From: a virus
Lineage: Duplodnaviria > Caudoviricetes
Reading direction: 5' to 3' (one strand)
Virus record (IMG/VR): IMGVR_UViG_3300044580_000234
Location: 1 to 39,906 of that record
DNA: 39,906 nucleotides
The notes beneath the pieces are model-generated. The model was not told where the DNA came from. It did no database searches and was given only the letters and a program-made list of their open reading frames with translations. How positions within the stretch are numbered: position 1 is the first letter of the stretch; every line of letters begins with the position of its first letter. Position numbers and translations under genes: made by a program. This document shows, piece after piece, positions 1-7,859 of the stretch.

Positions 1-82
1 GCTGAATTCTCCTGTTAAAAACATTGAAAGCAAATTGGAAGCAACTTTGGAACGTCGTGGCCGTAAGTTGCTAAACATTTGA
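1..82 (+). CDS. 3' end of a gene truncated by the window edge (…LNSPVKNIESKLEATLERRGRKLLNI*)
   Basis: Open frame from base 2 to TGA at 80-82, converging on the HNH gene; too short to identify. Confidence 0.4.
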   Translation, partial: LNSPVKNIESKLEATLERRGRKLLNI

Positions 83-103
83 ATACCCCCTATCATTTGT
101 AAA

Positions 104-928
104 CTACAAGGCCATCGCAAGCTGTTGTGTTTTACACCCCTCATTCATGTTTAAATATTTTAATATTCTTTTCTTTAATAATTCAGATCTATATGTATAT
201 GTAGAGTACCATTCAAAAAAATCTTTGTCAGACTTATCTACATTACAATCAAAACAAGCCGGAACAATATTATTAATAGTGTATTCTCCGCCTTTGGATA
301 TTGGCTTGAAGTGATCTTGATGTAATGGCAGATCGTGCTCTCTACCACAATACGCACATTTATTATTAAAGTATATTAAAGCTTGCTTCCATTGTCTTTT
401 AGTTAATGAATGTTCAAGTAGTTTCTTTTTTGCTTTTCGCTTATGATTATATATCTTTTTACTTAATCTATCTTTTTTCTTTAATTTATTTCTACATTCA
501 TCCGAACAATACTTTCTTCTCTTTTCCCCAAAACCATTTACAAACTCTTTTCCGCATTTAACACAAACACCTTTTACAGTTTTACACATGTAATCCTTAG
601 ACCTTTTATAAGATCTAAGATATCTACAACTATCGCTACAATACATTGACTGTTTGTCGCCTTTGTATTCTTTTCCGCAATGAGAACACGTTTTTAAAAC
701 TTTTCTCAATTCATGAGCAGTGGCCTTACATTCATCTGAACAAAATTTTTTATGTGCATAAACACCTAAATCTTTACCACATACAGCACACTTCCAAGAG
801 ACTGCTTTCTTGTATTCAAAATTACAAGACCTTGAACAAAACGTAGTTCTATCAGCTTGCGCATGAAATTCTTTTCCGCAATTCTTGCACGTGTATACTT
901 TGCTTTTGTTTTTATTATTTACGGTCAT
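104..928 (-). CDS. HNH endonuclease with four N-terminal CxxC…FCSxxC zinc-finger repeats
   Basis: Repeated CKNCGKEF…FCSRSC-type units; C-terminal CAYCG…HQDHFKPISKGGEYTINNIVPACFDCNVDK HNH motif. ATG 928 preferred because it sits 6 nt after a -10 box. Confidence 0.85.
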   Translation of the reverse strand: MTVNNKNKSKVYTCKNCGKEFHAQADRTTFCSRSCNFEYKKAVSWKCAVCGKDLGVYAHKKFCSDECKATAHELRKVLKTCSHCGKEYKGDKQSMYCSDSCRYLRSYKRSKDYMCKTVKGVCVKCGKEFVNGFGEKRRKYCSDECRNKLKKKDRLSKKIYNHKRKAKKKLLEHSLTKRQWKQALIYFNNKCAYCGREHDLPLHQDHFKPISKGGEYTINNIVPACFDCNVDKSDKDFFEWYSTYTYRSELLKKRILKYLNMNEGCKTQQLAMAL

Positions 929-934
929 AGTATT

Positions 935-963
935 AATATATGCAAAGATTTTATTAAAGTCAA
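935..963 (-). promoter_or_regulatory. Sigma70-type promoter giving a probably leaderless HNH mRNA
   Basis: TTGACT (963-958), 17 nt, TATATT (940-935), 6 nt, ATG; no Shine-Dalgarno. Confidence 0.6.
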
Positions 964-971
964 CATATATT

Positions 972-1186
972 GTTCTATGTAAACAAACAGATACAGAACC
1001 CCCAAACCCCCTTTGCACAAAGCAAGGCTTGAGTTATCATGCAGGTTTTACATTGAGCTGTGATCTTATCTGTTGCTCCCAATGTGGTTTTCGGCCGCCT
1101 GATCGCTGTTGTGTCGTATTGCTACCTGTTACTCAGTAGCCCACAATATCGCCGGATTTATCCCGGGCAGTCAGCGAAACCCCTCG
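972..1186 (-). ncRNA. Candidate structured non-coding RNA ending in GGGGGTTTGGGGG
   Basis: GC-richer intergenic island with several nested helices found by eye; upstream -10 box TATACT at 1197-1192. Confidence 0.45.
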
Positions 1187-1239
1187 ACTATAGTATAATA
1201 TTTGGATTGTAGAAATGAATTTATTTAATAAGAGAAGGA

Positions 1240-1258
1240 AGCCGGAGGAGATCCGGCT
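1240..1258 (-). terminator. Hairpin terminator after the lipoprotein gene
   Basis: AGCCGGA-5nt-TCCGGCT just past the stop at 1264, followed by a pyrimidine-rich run on the - strand. Confidence 0.6.
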
Positions 1259-1263
1259 GAGGA

Positions 1264-1878
1264 TTAATCAATGCCAACAAAAGCTATTCGAATAAACCAA
1301 CTTGTATATCGATCAAGGGTATGAGTCGCCCCGCTGTTATTCGTTACAGATACCATTACAAGTAAATCATCTTCTGCTGTTTCATTGTTCACTATGCCAC
1401 AATCAATATCCATCTCTATCTGATCTCTATAGTTCGTAGTAGTGTAATTGTACTCAACATTTGATGGAGCACCACCAATCATATTAATCTTAAGCCTTAA
1501 ATCACTATGAGTAATCCAGTAATTTAGCATACGCAAATGAACTTTAGACCTTGGTGGTATTTTGCAGTAAAACTGCTGTACGACCCTTGATTCACCATCT
1601 GGAATGCTCATATCTGAGCCCACATTACCAGATATATTTATCGGGCATAAATAATCAACATTGCCTTCCCATCTGTTTACATCTGTTGTCTTTGGTGAAT
1701 CTGCTACTGTCCAATCTGTTTTGGGCTCTTGCCATACTGCCATAGAATCCTCCTGAGTTTTAGCTTCGTTGTTATTTTTGCCAGATGCATCATATTCTAC
1801 CCCTGATGGGTTTCTGCACCCAGCCAATATAATAATTACCAAGAAGGTAACAGCAGTATAAAAAGAAAACTTATTCAT
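1264..1878 (-). CDS. Lipoprotein (lipobox LAG-C) with a phage tail-protein-like WxxPKTDW…DxNRxEGN segment
   Basis: Hydrophobic signal plus LAGC; AAGGAG RBS; second AGGAGG-ATG at 1743. Confidence 0.65.
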   Translation of the reverse strand: MNKFSFYTAVTFLVIIILAGCRNPSGVEYDASGKNNNEAKTQEDSMAVWQEPKTDWTVADSPKTTDVNRWEGNVDYLCPINISGNVGSDMSIPDGESRVVQQFYCKIPPRSKVHLRMLNYWITHSDLRLKINMIGGAPSNVEYNYTTTNYRDQIEMDIDCGIVNNETAEDDLLVMVSVTNNSGATHTLDRYTSWFIRIAFVGID

Positions 1879-2033
1879 GGTTTCTCCTTTTTTATTAAAA
1901 GGTACATGAACAATGTAAAAAAATCCAGTTACATTTTAGTTACACAATTAATTTCGATGACGTTTCAGCTCCTCATCAATTAATATTTTCAAGACATGAT
2001 CCGTATCATCTGAGACTATTATATCCACTATAG

Positions 2034-2417
2034 TCAGGATGGGTGCGGCTTTTTCGGCTGCACCCTAATTCGCTTTTCCCCTGCCTTTTCTTGTGTACTA
2101 CTCTCTGGTGTGCGTGATGGCTGGGTGTATTTATTTTCGGCCTGTTGCCTATCTACAGCAGACCTCAAATCTCTAATCTCGTTCAATATATTTTTAGGCA
2201 TTGGATAATCTTTTGCATCTGGATCTAAAAACCAAAGCTTTTCAGTATCGGACATGTTGCATAACTTAAACAGCCTTATTGCTGTTTTGAGCGGTAGATC
2301 TGCTTTACCCTTTTCGATATTATAGTAGCGGTCCTTCCCTATGCAATCCCTTATTTTTGAATCACTTAAATTATGCATAGCTTGCAGAATTTTAATTTTT
2401 TGGAATAATGACAGCAA
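2034..2417 (-). CDS. XRE-like HTH repressor
   Basis: …DRYYNIEKGKADLPLKTAIRLFKLCNM resembles an HTH_3 pattern; divergent from the early operon; GAGG before the TTG start. Confidence 0.6.
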   Translation of the reverse strand: MLSLFQKIKILQAMHNLSDSKIRDCIGKDRYYNIEKGKADLPLKTAIRLFKLCNMSDTEKLWFLDPDAKDYPMPKNILNEIRDLRSAVDRQQAENKYTQPSRTPESSTQEKAGEKRIRVQPKKPHPS

Positions 2418-2430
2418 TGGCTACCTCATT

Positions 2431-2485
2431 TATTTTCTTATTTTTAGAATATTTTCTTGTTTTGAGAAAAACCGTGATGTATATT
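2431..2485 (+). promoter_or_regulatory. Early rightward promoter with tandem operator-like repeats
   Basis: TTGTTT (2457-62), 17 nt, TATATT (2480-85); imperfect repeats TATTTTCTTATTTTTAGAATA (2431-51) and TATTTTCTTGTTTTGAGAAAA (2450-70) overlap the -35. Confidence 0.55.
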
Positions 2486-2490
2486 GAAAA

Positions 2491-2645
2491 TGTAACTAAA
2501 ACGTATGTTGATTTTATTAGTTACAGAATTTACGGCTTATCTGCCTAGGTCGCCAAACTAAAACAGATAAGCATAACAATAACAACGCCTTAGAGCTATG
2601 CGGTTGCTATATGCACTTACAAATATAGTAATCGTTTTGGCTCTA
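2491..2645 (+). ncRNA. c4-antisense-like structured leader upstream of the antirepressor operon
   Basis: Three hairpins (2491-2525, 2535-2572, 2591-2645); loop GTCGCCAAA is complementary to downstream TTTGGC (2636-41). Confidence 0.5.
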
Positions 2646-2674
2646 TGCAACACTTTTTTAGAGGAGCTAAAACA

Positions 2675-2893
2675 ATGCCTAAAAAGCCCACAAAAATTCC
2701 GCATGGCAGATGGCAGCGCGAAATTGCTGTAATGCCAACAAAAAGCAAAAAAAAGTTTCCGCCGGAAGAGGTTCGCCGGACAATGTTAGCCTTTTATAGG
2801 GCTGCAAAATCCATGGACCGACACCCGAGCATGTCAACGCAAGCAGACGGATCTGTCATTATCACACTTGACACAAAGCGGGGTGCCAAATAA
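2675..2893 (+). CDS. Small basic protein, first gene of the early operon
   Basis: AGGAG RBS before ATG 2675 (MPKKPTK…); stop overlaps the next start. Confidence 0.6.
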   Translation: MPKKPTKIPHGRWQREIAVMPTKSKKKFPPEEVRRTMLAFYRAAKSMDRHPSMSTQADGSVIITLDTKRGAK

Positions 2894-3462
2894 TGAACCA
2901 GCTTCAAACCTTCAATTTCGACACCAAAAAAGTTAGAATTCTTTTTGACAATGGCGAACATTGGTGGTGTGCTTCTGATGTTTGTAGCATTTTATGCTAC
3001 AAAAATGGTCCTAAAGCAATTAGTGACCACTGCAAAACAAAGGGCATAACAAAACGTTATACCCTTACAAATGGCGGAAATCAATTGCTCACTTATATCG
3101 ATGAGCCCAATCTTTACCGCTTAATAATGCATTCGAAAAATAAAGAAGCAGAAAAGTTTCAAGATTGGGTATCATCTGAGGTCCTACCACAAATTAGGAA
3201 AACAGGCTCATATAGTCTGCAAATTCCAAAAACTTTACCCGAAGCACTCAGGGCCTACGCTGCTGAACTTGAGCAGAAAGAACAACTCCAGAAGCAGATT
3301 GAACAGCAGGCACCAAAAGTCGCTCTTGCAGATGCTTGCCTTACCGCAAAGAATAGTCAAACGATTACCCAAACTGCCAAGGTGCTTGGAATTGGCCGGA
3401 ACCACCTCTGTGAATTCCTCAGAGCTGATGGCGTCTTTTACATCCACGCATTAAGCGCATAA
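2893..3462 (+). CDS. BRO-N antirepressor with a truncated KilAC/ANT C-terminus
   Basis: WWCASDVCSIL…IDEPNLYRLIMHS…FQDWVSSEVLPQIRKTGSY; PKTLPEALRAYA; APKV…TAKVLGIGRNHLCEFLR then an early stop. Confidence 0.85.
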   Translation: MNQLQTFNFDTKKVRILFDNGEHWWCASDVCSILCYKNGPKAISDHCKTKGITKRYTLTNGGNQLLTYIDEPNLYRLIMHSKNKEAEKFQDWVSSEVLPQIRKTGSYSLQIPKTLPEALRAYAAELEQKEQLQKQIEQQAPKVALADACLTAKNSQTITQTAKVLGIGRNHLCEFLRADGVFYIHALSA

Positions 3463-3478
3463 TGAAGGGGCTAAAGAA

Positions 3479-3616
3479 ATGTGTGAAATAGCCGGATTAC
3501 TCTTCTCAATTGTCGGCCCACTGGCACTTGTAGTGATCCTGTGGAGTATGTTTGCAATCAACAAAAGAAAACCTCCGAAAAGGAGAAACAATGAAGATCA
3601 AGAACTTTTTATTTGA
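3479..3616 (+). CDS. Small membrane protein (45 aa, not in the ORF track)
   Basis: MCEIAGLLFSIVGPLALVVILWSMFAINKRK…; fills the operon gap. Confidence 0.45.
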   Translation: MCEIAGLLFSIVGPLALVVILWSMFAINKRKPPKRRNNEDQELFI

Positions 3617-3625
3617 GCAAAGACT

Positions 3626-3832
3626 ATGACAACTGGCGCTAAACTCTTTTTATTAGGACTGTTTTTACTACCAGCCCTTTTAATCGGTTCAACAATTGAC
3701 ATTAAACCTGTAAGAAAGCCAGAAAGGCAGAAAAAACAACAGGTTAATGTTAAAGAATTTTACCGGTTTGTTAAAGCTAACAAAGAATGGTTCCCGTTTA
3801 GCTATGGGTTGTTGAAATTTTACTTTGAATAA
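3626..3832 (+). CDS. Small membrane protein
   Basis: N-terminal hydrophobic helix; operon context. Confidence 0.5.
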   Translation: MTTGAKLFLLGLFLLPALLIGSTIDIKPVRKPERQKKQQVNVKEFYRFVKANKEWFPFSYGLLKFYFE

Positions 3833-4217
3833 GGAGATCAAAATGATTATTTGTACAATCGCAATCGTGTTACTATACTTTTTGTTCTGGTCAATCATAA
3901 GAGCCGGAAAGGATAAGGTGACAGCTAAACTGATTGAGAGTAATATTGAACACCCAACATATTTTATCTATGCGCTTAGGGGTGGAATGAATTGGGATAG
4001 ATATTTGTCAACGTTTACAATTCCTGACAAAATACAATTAATACGTCAATATGTGATTGAAAACGGGATTGTCGGAAGTCCTTTAAATGTAACGTCTAAT
4101 CGCTGTTTTCTGTTTTCTGATGGTGAAACTTTGAAATTTTCAGATCAGGGCTGGATTGAATTTCAGAAAGCCTTAACATCTGAAAGTAAATACAGTAAAC
4201 TCAGGAGGGACTTGTGA
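3825..4217 (+). CDS. Hypothetical protein with an N-terminal TM helix (start may be ATG 3843)
   Basis: ORF track; AAGGAG before the internal ATG. Confidence 0.55.
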   Translation: MNKEIKMIICTIAIVLLYFLFWSIIRAGKDKVTAKLIESNIEHPTYFIYALRGGMNWDRYLSTFTIPDKIQLIRQYVIENGIVGSPLNVTSNRCFLFSDGETLKFSDQGWIEFQKALTSESKYSKLRRDL

Positions 4218-4318
4218 AAATAATCCGAGAATTAAGTTGGACAATATTTTCAGTGGCGGCTGCAAGTATAGCAGCTTACCATGCGGCAAACTTATTATAT
4301 CCATTAATTGGGCGGTGA
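4214..4318 (+). CDS. Small hydrophobic peptide (34 aa)
   Basis: AGGAGG RBS; GTG overlapping the previous TGA. Confidence 0.35.
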   Translation: MKIIRELSWTIFSVAAASIAAYHAANLLYPLIGR

Positions 4319-4320
4319 AG

Positions 4321-4605
4321 ATGCAAAAACGAAAACATACTGATGCCTGGAAAATTCATGCGAGCGAAGTAGCGCGCGAATGGTATCACAAAAATAAAGA
4401 ACGACTCAAGCAAGAAAGAGCTAAGGGGAAAAAGGAGGGGGATGATGAAAGAATTATTAGTACCGCACGAAGCTTGCTTAAGGTTTGCGGATTCAGAAAT
4501 CCTGAACAAGTCAAGGATGCAATAGAATGTGTGATGGATCGAGAAAGACTTGAAAGACAAAAGCTAAAACTGAAAAAGATAAGGAGGATGATATGGGGTA
4601 GGTGA
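4321..4605 (+). CDS. Basic hypothetical protein
   Basis: ATG 4321 within the ORF-track frame 4237-4605. Confidence 0.55.
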   Translation: MQKRKHTDAWKIHASEVAREWYHKNKERLKQERAKGKKEGDDERIISTARSLLKVCGFRNPEQVKDAIECVMDRERLERQKLKLKKIRRMIWGR

Positions 4606-4676
4606 TTTACTTCTCAGTCTGTGGGCTGTGTTTGGTTGTCGGGTGTTTGTGCATCTGGATGGCAGGATAGGAGGTT

Positions 4677-5438
4677 GTGTACATGAAAAAGAGATTTACC
4701 GACACAGAAATATGGGATGATCCTTGGTTTCAGTCGTTAGATCCTGTCTACAAGTGTCTTTGGAAGTATCTTTGTGACAAATGCGATAACTCTGGAGTCT
4801 GGAAGGTGAATAAACCACTTGCTGAGTTTCAAATAAAAAGTGCTATAAATTGGGATTCTTTACATGATCTTTTTGGTGATAGGTTTGTGATGATTACAGA
4901 GTCAAAATTGTTTGTTGTGGCATTTATCGAGTTTCAATACGGAGAACTCAAAGAGTCATCAAGACCACACCAACAGGTTTTAAGACTACTGCAATCTCAC
5001 GGCTTAAGATACCCTATCGATACCCTATCTATACCCTATCCAAAGGGTATACATACCCTTCTAGATAAGGATAAAGATAAAGATAAGGATAAAGACAAAG
5101 ACAAAGACAAAGACAAAGATAAAGACAAAGATAAGGATACTGTTGAGTGCCAAATTATTAAATCACCTCTTGAGATGGCTTTTGATAGGTTTCGAGAAAT
5201 GAGGAAAAAGATCAGAAAGCCAATGACGGAAAGAGCTGAGGAATTAATCTGGAAAGAACTTAGTAAGCTTGCCGGAGAAGATAGTGATTTAAAAATTGAG
5301 ATTTTAGAGCAATCAATCAGAAATGATTGGCAGGATGTTTATGCAATTAAAAATAAATCTCAAAGACAATTTGGTAAGCAACAGTACTCAAGGCAGGATG
5401 CTATTGATACCTTTGATTTTTTAAGAGGTGACAAATGA
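4677..5438 (+). CDS. Phage replication initiator
   Basis: KRFTDTEIWDDPWFQSL N-terminus, DK low-complexity linker, C-terminal helical domain (…LEQSIRNDWQDVY); internal iterons. Confidence 0.8.
   Translation: MYMKKRFTDTEIWDDPWFQSLDPVYKCLWKYLCDKCDNSGVWKVNKPLAEFQIKSAINWDSLHDLFGDRFVMITESKLFVVAFIEFQYGELKESSRPHQQVLRLLQSHGLRYPIDTLSIPYPKGIHTLLDKDKDKDKDKDKDKDKDKDKDKDKDTVECQIIKSPLEMAFDRFREMRKKIRKPMTERAEELIWKELSKLAGEDSDLKIEILEQSIRNDWQDVYAIKNKSQRQFGKQQYSRQDAIDTFDFLRGDK
5009..5059. repeat. Iteron cluster / probable replication origin
   Basis: ATACCCTATC x3 at 11-bp period (5009, 5020, 5031) followed by palindrome AGGGTAT-AC-ATACCCT (5044-59). Confidence 0.7.
5064..5138 (+). repeat. GAYAAR hexamer x12 encoding a (DK)12 tract
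   Basis: Directly visible tandem repeat. Confidence 0.95.
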
Positions 5439-6070
5439 ACAAACAAACATTTGCAGTACAGATGCTTTATTTGTATGAATACCTTGAAATAGCACCAAAC
5501 AAAGAAAGGAATCAAAAGTATTGGGATCTCTTGAACCATCTTTCAGATGAGGATTTTTCTAATGCAGTTAAAAATGTTGTAAAAGAGTTTATTCCAACTG
5601 CAACAGTACCGTTTCCGTTGGTTGCTCATTTTCTGAAATACTGCGGTTTAGGTGGTAAAGAACAGGCCTCACACGCAATATCACTGCTCAGAGCTACAAG
5701 ACAGCGCATTGGTGCTTACAACAGTGTTTCTTTTGGTGATCCGGCATTGCACTTTGTTGTTCAGTCTTTTGGTGGATGGCCAGTGATGTGCAGGATGAGC
5801 GACAAAGAATGGGATATTAACGAAGGCAGAATGGTTGAGGCTTATAAATCAGCTCAATTTTCCAATGTTGACGCACCAGACCACTTATCCGGAATATCTG
5901 AAAGTGATGAAGGCCATTTCACGCTTGCGCTTATTCCGCCAACCGGATACCAAAACAGGAAAGAGATTCGGTGCAAGGGAAGTGTTCCCGCTGAACTTGG
6001 TTTTAAACCGTGTAATTCAACCAAAGCCATAGCAGGAATAAGCGATATCATAGCTGGTGTTATCCAGTAG
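5435..6070 (+). CDS. Replication-associated protein (DUF6475-like, helicase-loader position)
   Basis: IGAYNSVSFGDPALHFVVQSFGGWPVMC motif; coupled to the initiator. Confidence 0.6.
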   Translation: MNKQTFAVQMLYLYEYLEIAPNKERNQKYWDLLNHLSDEDFSNAVKNVVKEFIPTATVPFPLVAHFLKYCGLGGKEQASHAISLLRATRQRIGAYNSVSFGDPALHFVVQSFGGWPVMCRMSDKEWDINEGRMVEAYKSAQFSNVDAPDHLSGISESDEGHFTLALIPPTGYQNRKEIRCKGSVPAELGFKPCNSTKAIAGISDIIAGVIQ

Positions 6071-6123
6071 TGGTGCCAGTGTATTAAAATCAAAAATAGA
6101 CACATTAACGGAGGTTTTAAAGC

Positions 6124-6309
6124 ATGAATGATTTAATTGAGGAATTTGTTCAAGAGCTAAGGCAGGCTTCAGGTAAAAATACCGTTGAAATAAGGCTGCA
6201 TGTTACAAGTGAAGGCTACGAAGTTAACGAAGTTGCAAAGTCACCCGAAGCGCTAAAGGATTCGGCAATCACCATGAGAAATATCCGTGGCGAGATGATT
6301 ACATACTAA
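6124..6309 (+). CDS. Hypothetical protein
   Basis: GGAGG RBS; ORF track. Confidence 0.6.
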   Translation: MNDLIEEFVQELRQASGKNTVEIRLHVTSEGYEVNEVAKSPEALKDSAITMRNIRGEMITY

Positions 6310-6334
6310 AACTGCGAAAGGAAGGGAAGTTATA

Positions 6335-6985
6335 ATGTTTTCTTTTGATATTGAAACTATACCTAACGAGGCGATGATTGATCATTTGCCAGAACCAGAA
6401 GTAAAAACTGGCAATCTCAAAGATATTGAAAAAATCAAGGCTAAAGCTGCCGAGGCAAAACAAAAGCAAATTGACGATATGGCATTAAGCCCATTTTACG
6501 GCCGGATCTGTTCAATTGCTACATGGGGTGAATATCAGGGTTACGATGTTATTGACGAAATTTCTGATGCTGCAGAAATTGAGCTGATAACAAAAACACT
6601 TGAAAAAATGAGCTTTGGCGCAACTCAGAGCCCATCTGTAGTTACTTGGAATGGATTAGATTTTGACTTTCCGTTTCTCTACAAACGTGCTGCTCTTTTG
6701 AAAATTGCGATGCCTGCCGGATGCCCTGGACTTAGCTACTGGACAAAAAGATATTCAACGGTTCCCCACTGTGATTTAATGGCTGTTTTAACAGGCTGGA
6801 ATGGTCGATTGAAGCTTGATGAGGCAGCAGCAAATTTTCTTGGTGAAAAGAAACTTAGCCATGACTTTTCAAGGTTTATTGAGCTTATCAAAGGTGGTAA
6901 AGGCCACGAAATAGGTATTTACAACCTTAAAGATGCCGAGTTGACCTTTAACTTATTCACTGAACTTTCACCGTACCTTTTTTGA
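6335..6985 (+). CDS. DnaQ/PolB-like 3'-5' exonuclease
   Basis: ExoI FDIET, ExoII TWNGLDFDFPFL, ExoIII YNLKDA. Confidence 0.85.
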   Translation: MFSFDIETIPNEAMIDHLPEPEVKTGNLKDIEKIKAKAAEAKQKQIDDMALSPFYGRICSIATWGEYQGYDVIDEISDAAEIELITKTLEKMSFGATQSPSVVTWNGLDFDFPFLYKRAALLKIAMPAGCPGLSYWTKRYSTVPHCDLMAVLTGWNGRLKLDEAAANFLGEKKLSHDFSRFIELIKGGKGHEIGIYNLKDAELTFNLFTELSPYLF

Positions 6986-6997
6986 TCGGAGTAAACA

Positions 6998-7840
6998 ATG
7001 GCAACTAACGAAACAGGAGTAACACTTTTGAGTGTATTTGGTGGTGACAAAACAAAATTACAGCAGTACAAAAATACTGTTCAGAAAGTTTTGTCAGATG
7101 ATCAGAATTTTGAACGCTACTGGATGATGTACGCAAAAATTGCACAGGAACAGCTTTGTAGTCCATATATAAAAGACAAACAGTCTGTTATTCAGTGCTT
7201 GTTTAATGCGCCAAAGTTAAAGCTTAATCCAGATCCGGTTTTTGGTGAGATTTACTTTATACCTTATGCTGGTAAACTTACTTATCAAGTCGGATATAAG
7301 GGTATGATCAAGCTCGCTCAAAACACTGGCAAGGTCAAAAATGTTCGTGCTGGCATTGTTTACGAAAAAGACAAGTGGGAGTTCTGGGAAGACGAGAACG
7401 GGCAGCACTTTAAATTTCAACCATCTCTACAGCTTTCAGATCGTGGTAAAGAGATTTTTGTATACTCAATTTTTACCGATGAAACTGGAAAGCCCAATGT
7501 TCACATTATGGAAAGCTCTCATGTGGACAAGATTAAGGCTATGGTAAAGGCTCGGATGAAAGATAAACAGACACCTTGGGATAATGAATTGTTTGAACCT
7601 GAAATGAGGAAAAAAACTTGCATAAGAAGGCATTGGAAATATGAGCCAAAATCTGCTGAAGTTGCACATGTGATTGATTATGAAGAAAAAATTGAACGTG
7701 GCGAAAGATTTAAGGATTTACATCCTGAGCTTGAAGAAATAATCATTCCTGCATCTGACAATATCCCAGAAGGTGAAACCATTAACGACTTGATACCAGA
7801 GTTAATGACCGCAGAAGAAAAAGCAAGATTTAACAAATAA
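6998..7840 (+). CDS. recT: RecT-family single-strand annealing protein
   Basis: LNPDPVFGEIYFIPY…QVGYKGMIKLA…TPW…EMRKKTCIRRHWKYEP. Confidence 0.85.
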   Translation: MATNETGVTLLSVFGGDKTKLQQYKNTVQKVLSDDQNFERYWMMYAKIAQEQLCSPYIKDKQSVIQCLFNAPKLKLNPDPVFGEIYFIPYAGKLTYQVGYKGMIKLAQNTGKVKNVRAGIVYEKDKWEFWEDENGQHFKFQPSLQLSDRGKEIFVYSIFTDETGKPNVHIMESSHVDKIKAMVKARMKDKQTPWDNELFEPEMRKKTCIRRHWKYEPKSAEVAHVIDYEEKIERGERFKDLHPELEEIIIPASDNIPEGETINDLIPELMTAEEKARFNK

Positions 7841-7859
7841 ACTGAAAGGTAATTATAAA

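Noticed and set aside
885-1139. 84-aa + strand ORF over the structured region
   Set aside because: No RBS; it overlaps the HNH start and promoter in antisense and has no protein-like motif.
2009-2038. GAGACTA…ATAGTC resembling group I intron P7 elements
   Set aside because: The two halves are only ~10 nt apart and form a simple hairpin at the repressor stop; there is no intron core or split gene.
5064-5138. Tandem repeat considered as a CRISPR or mini-array
   Set aside because: It is a 6-bp coding microsatellite without spacers. No repeat-spacer array was seen anywhere in the window.
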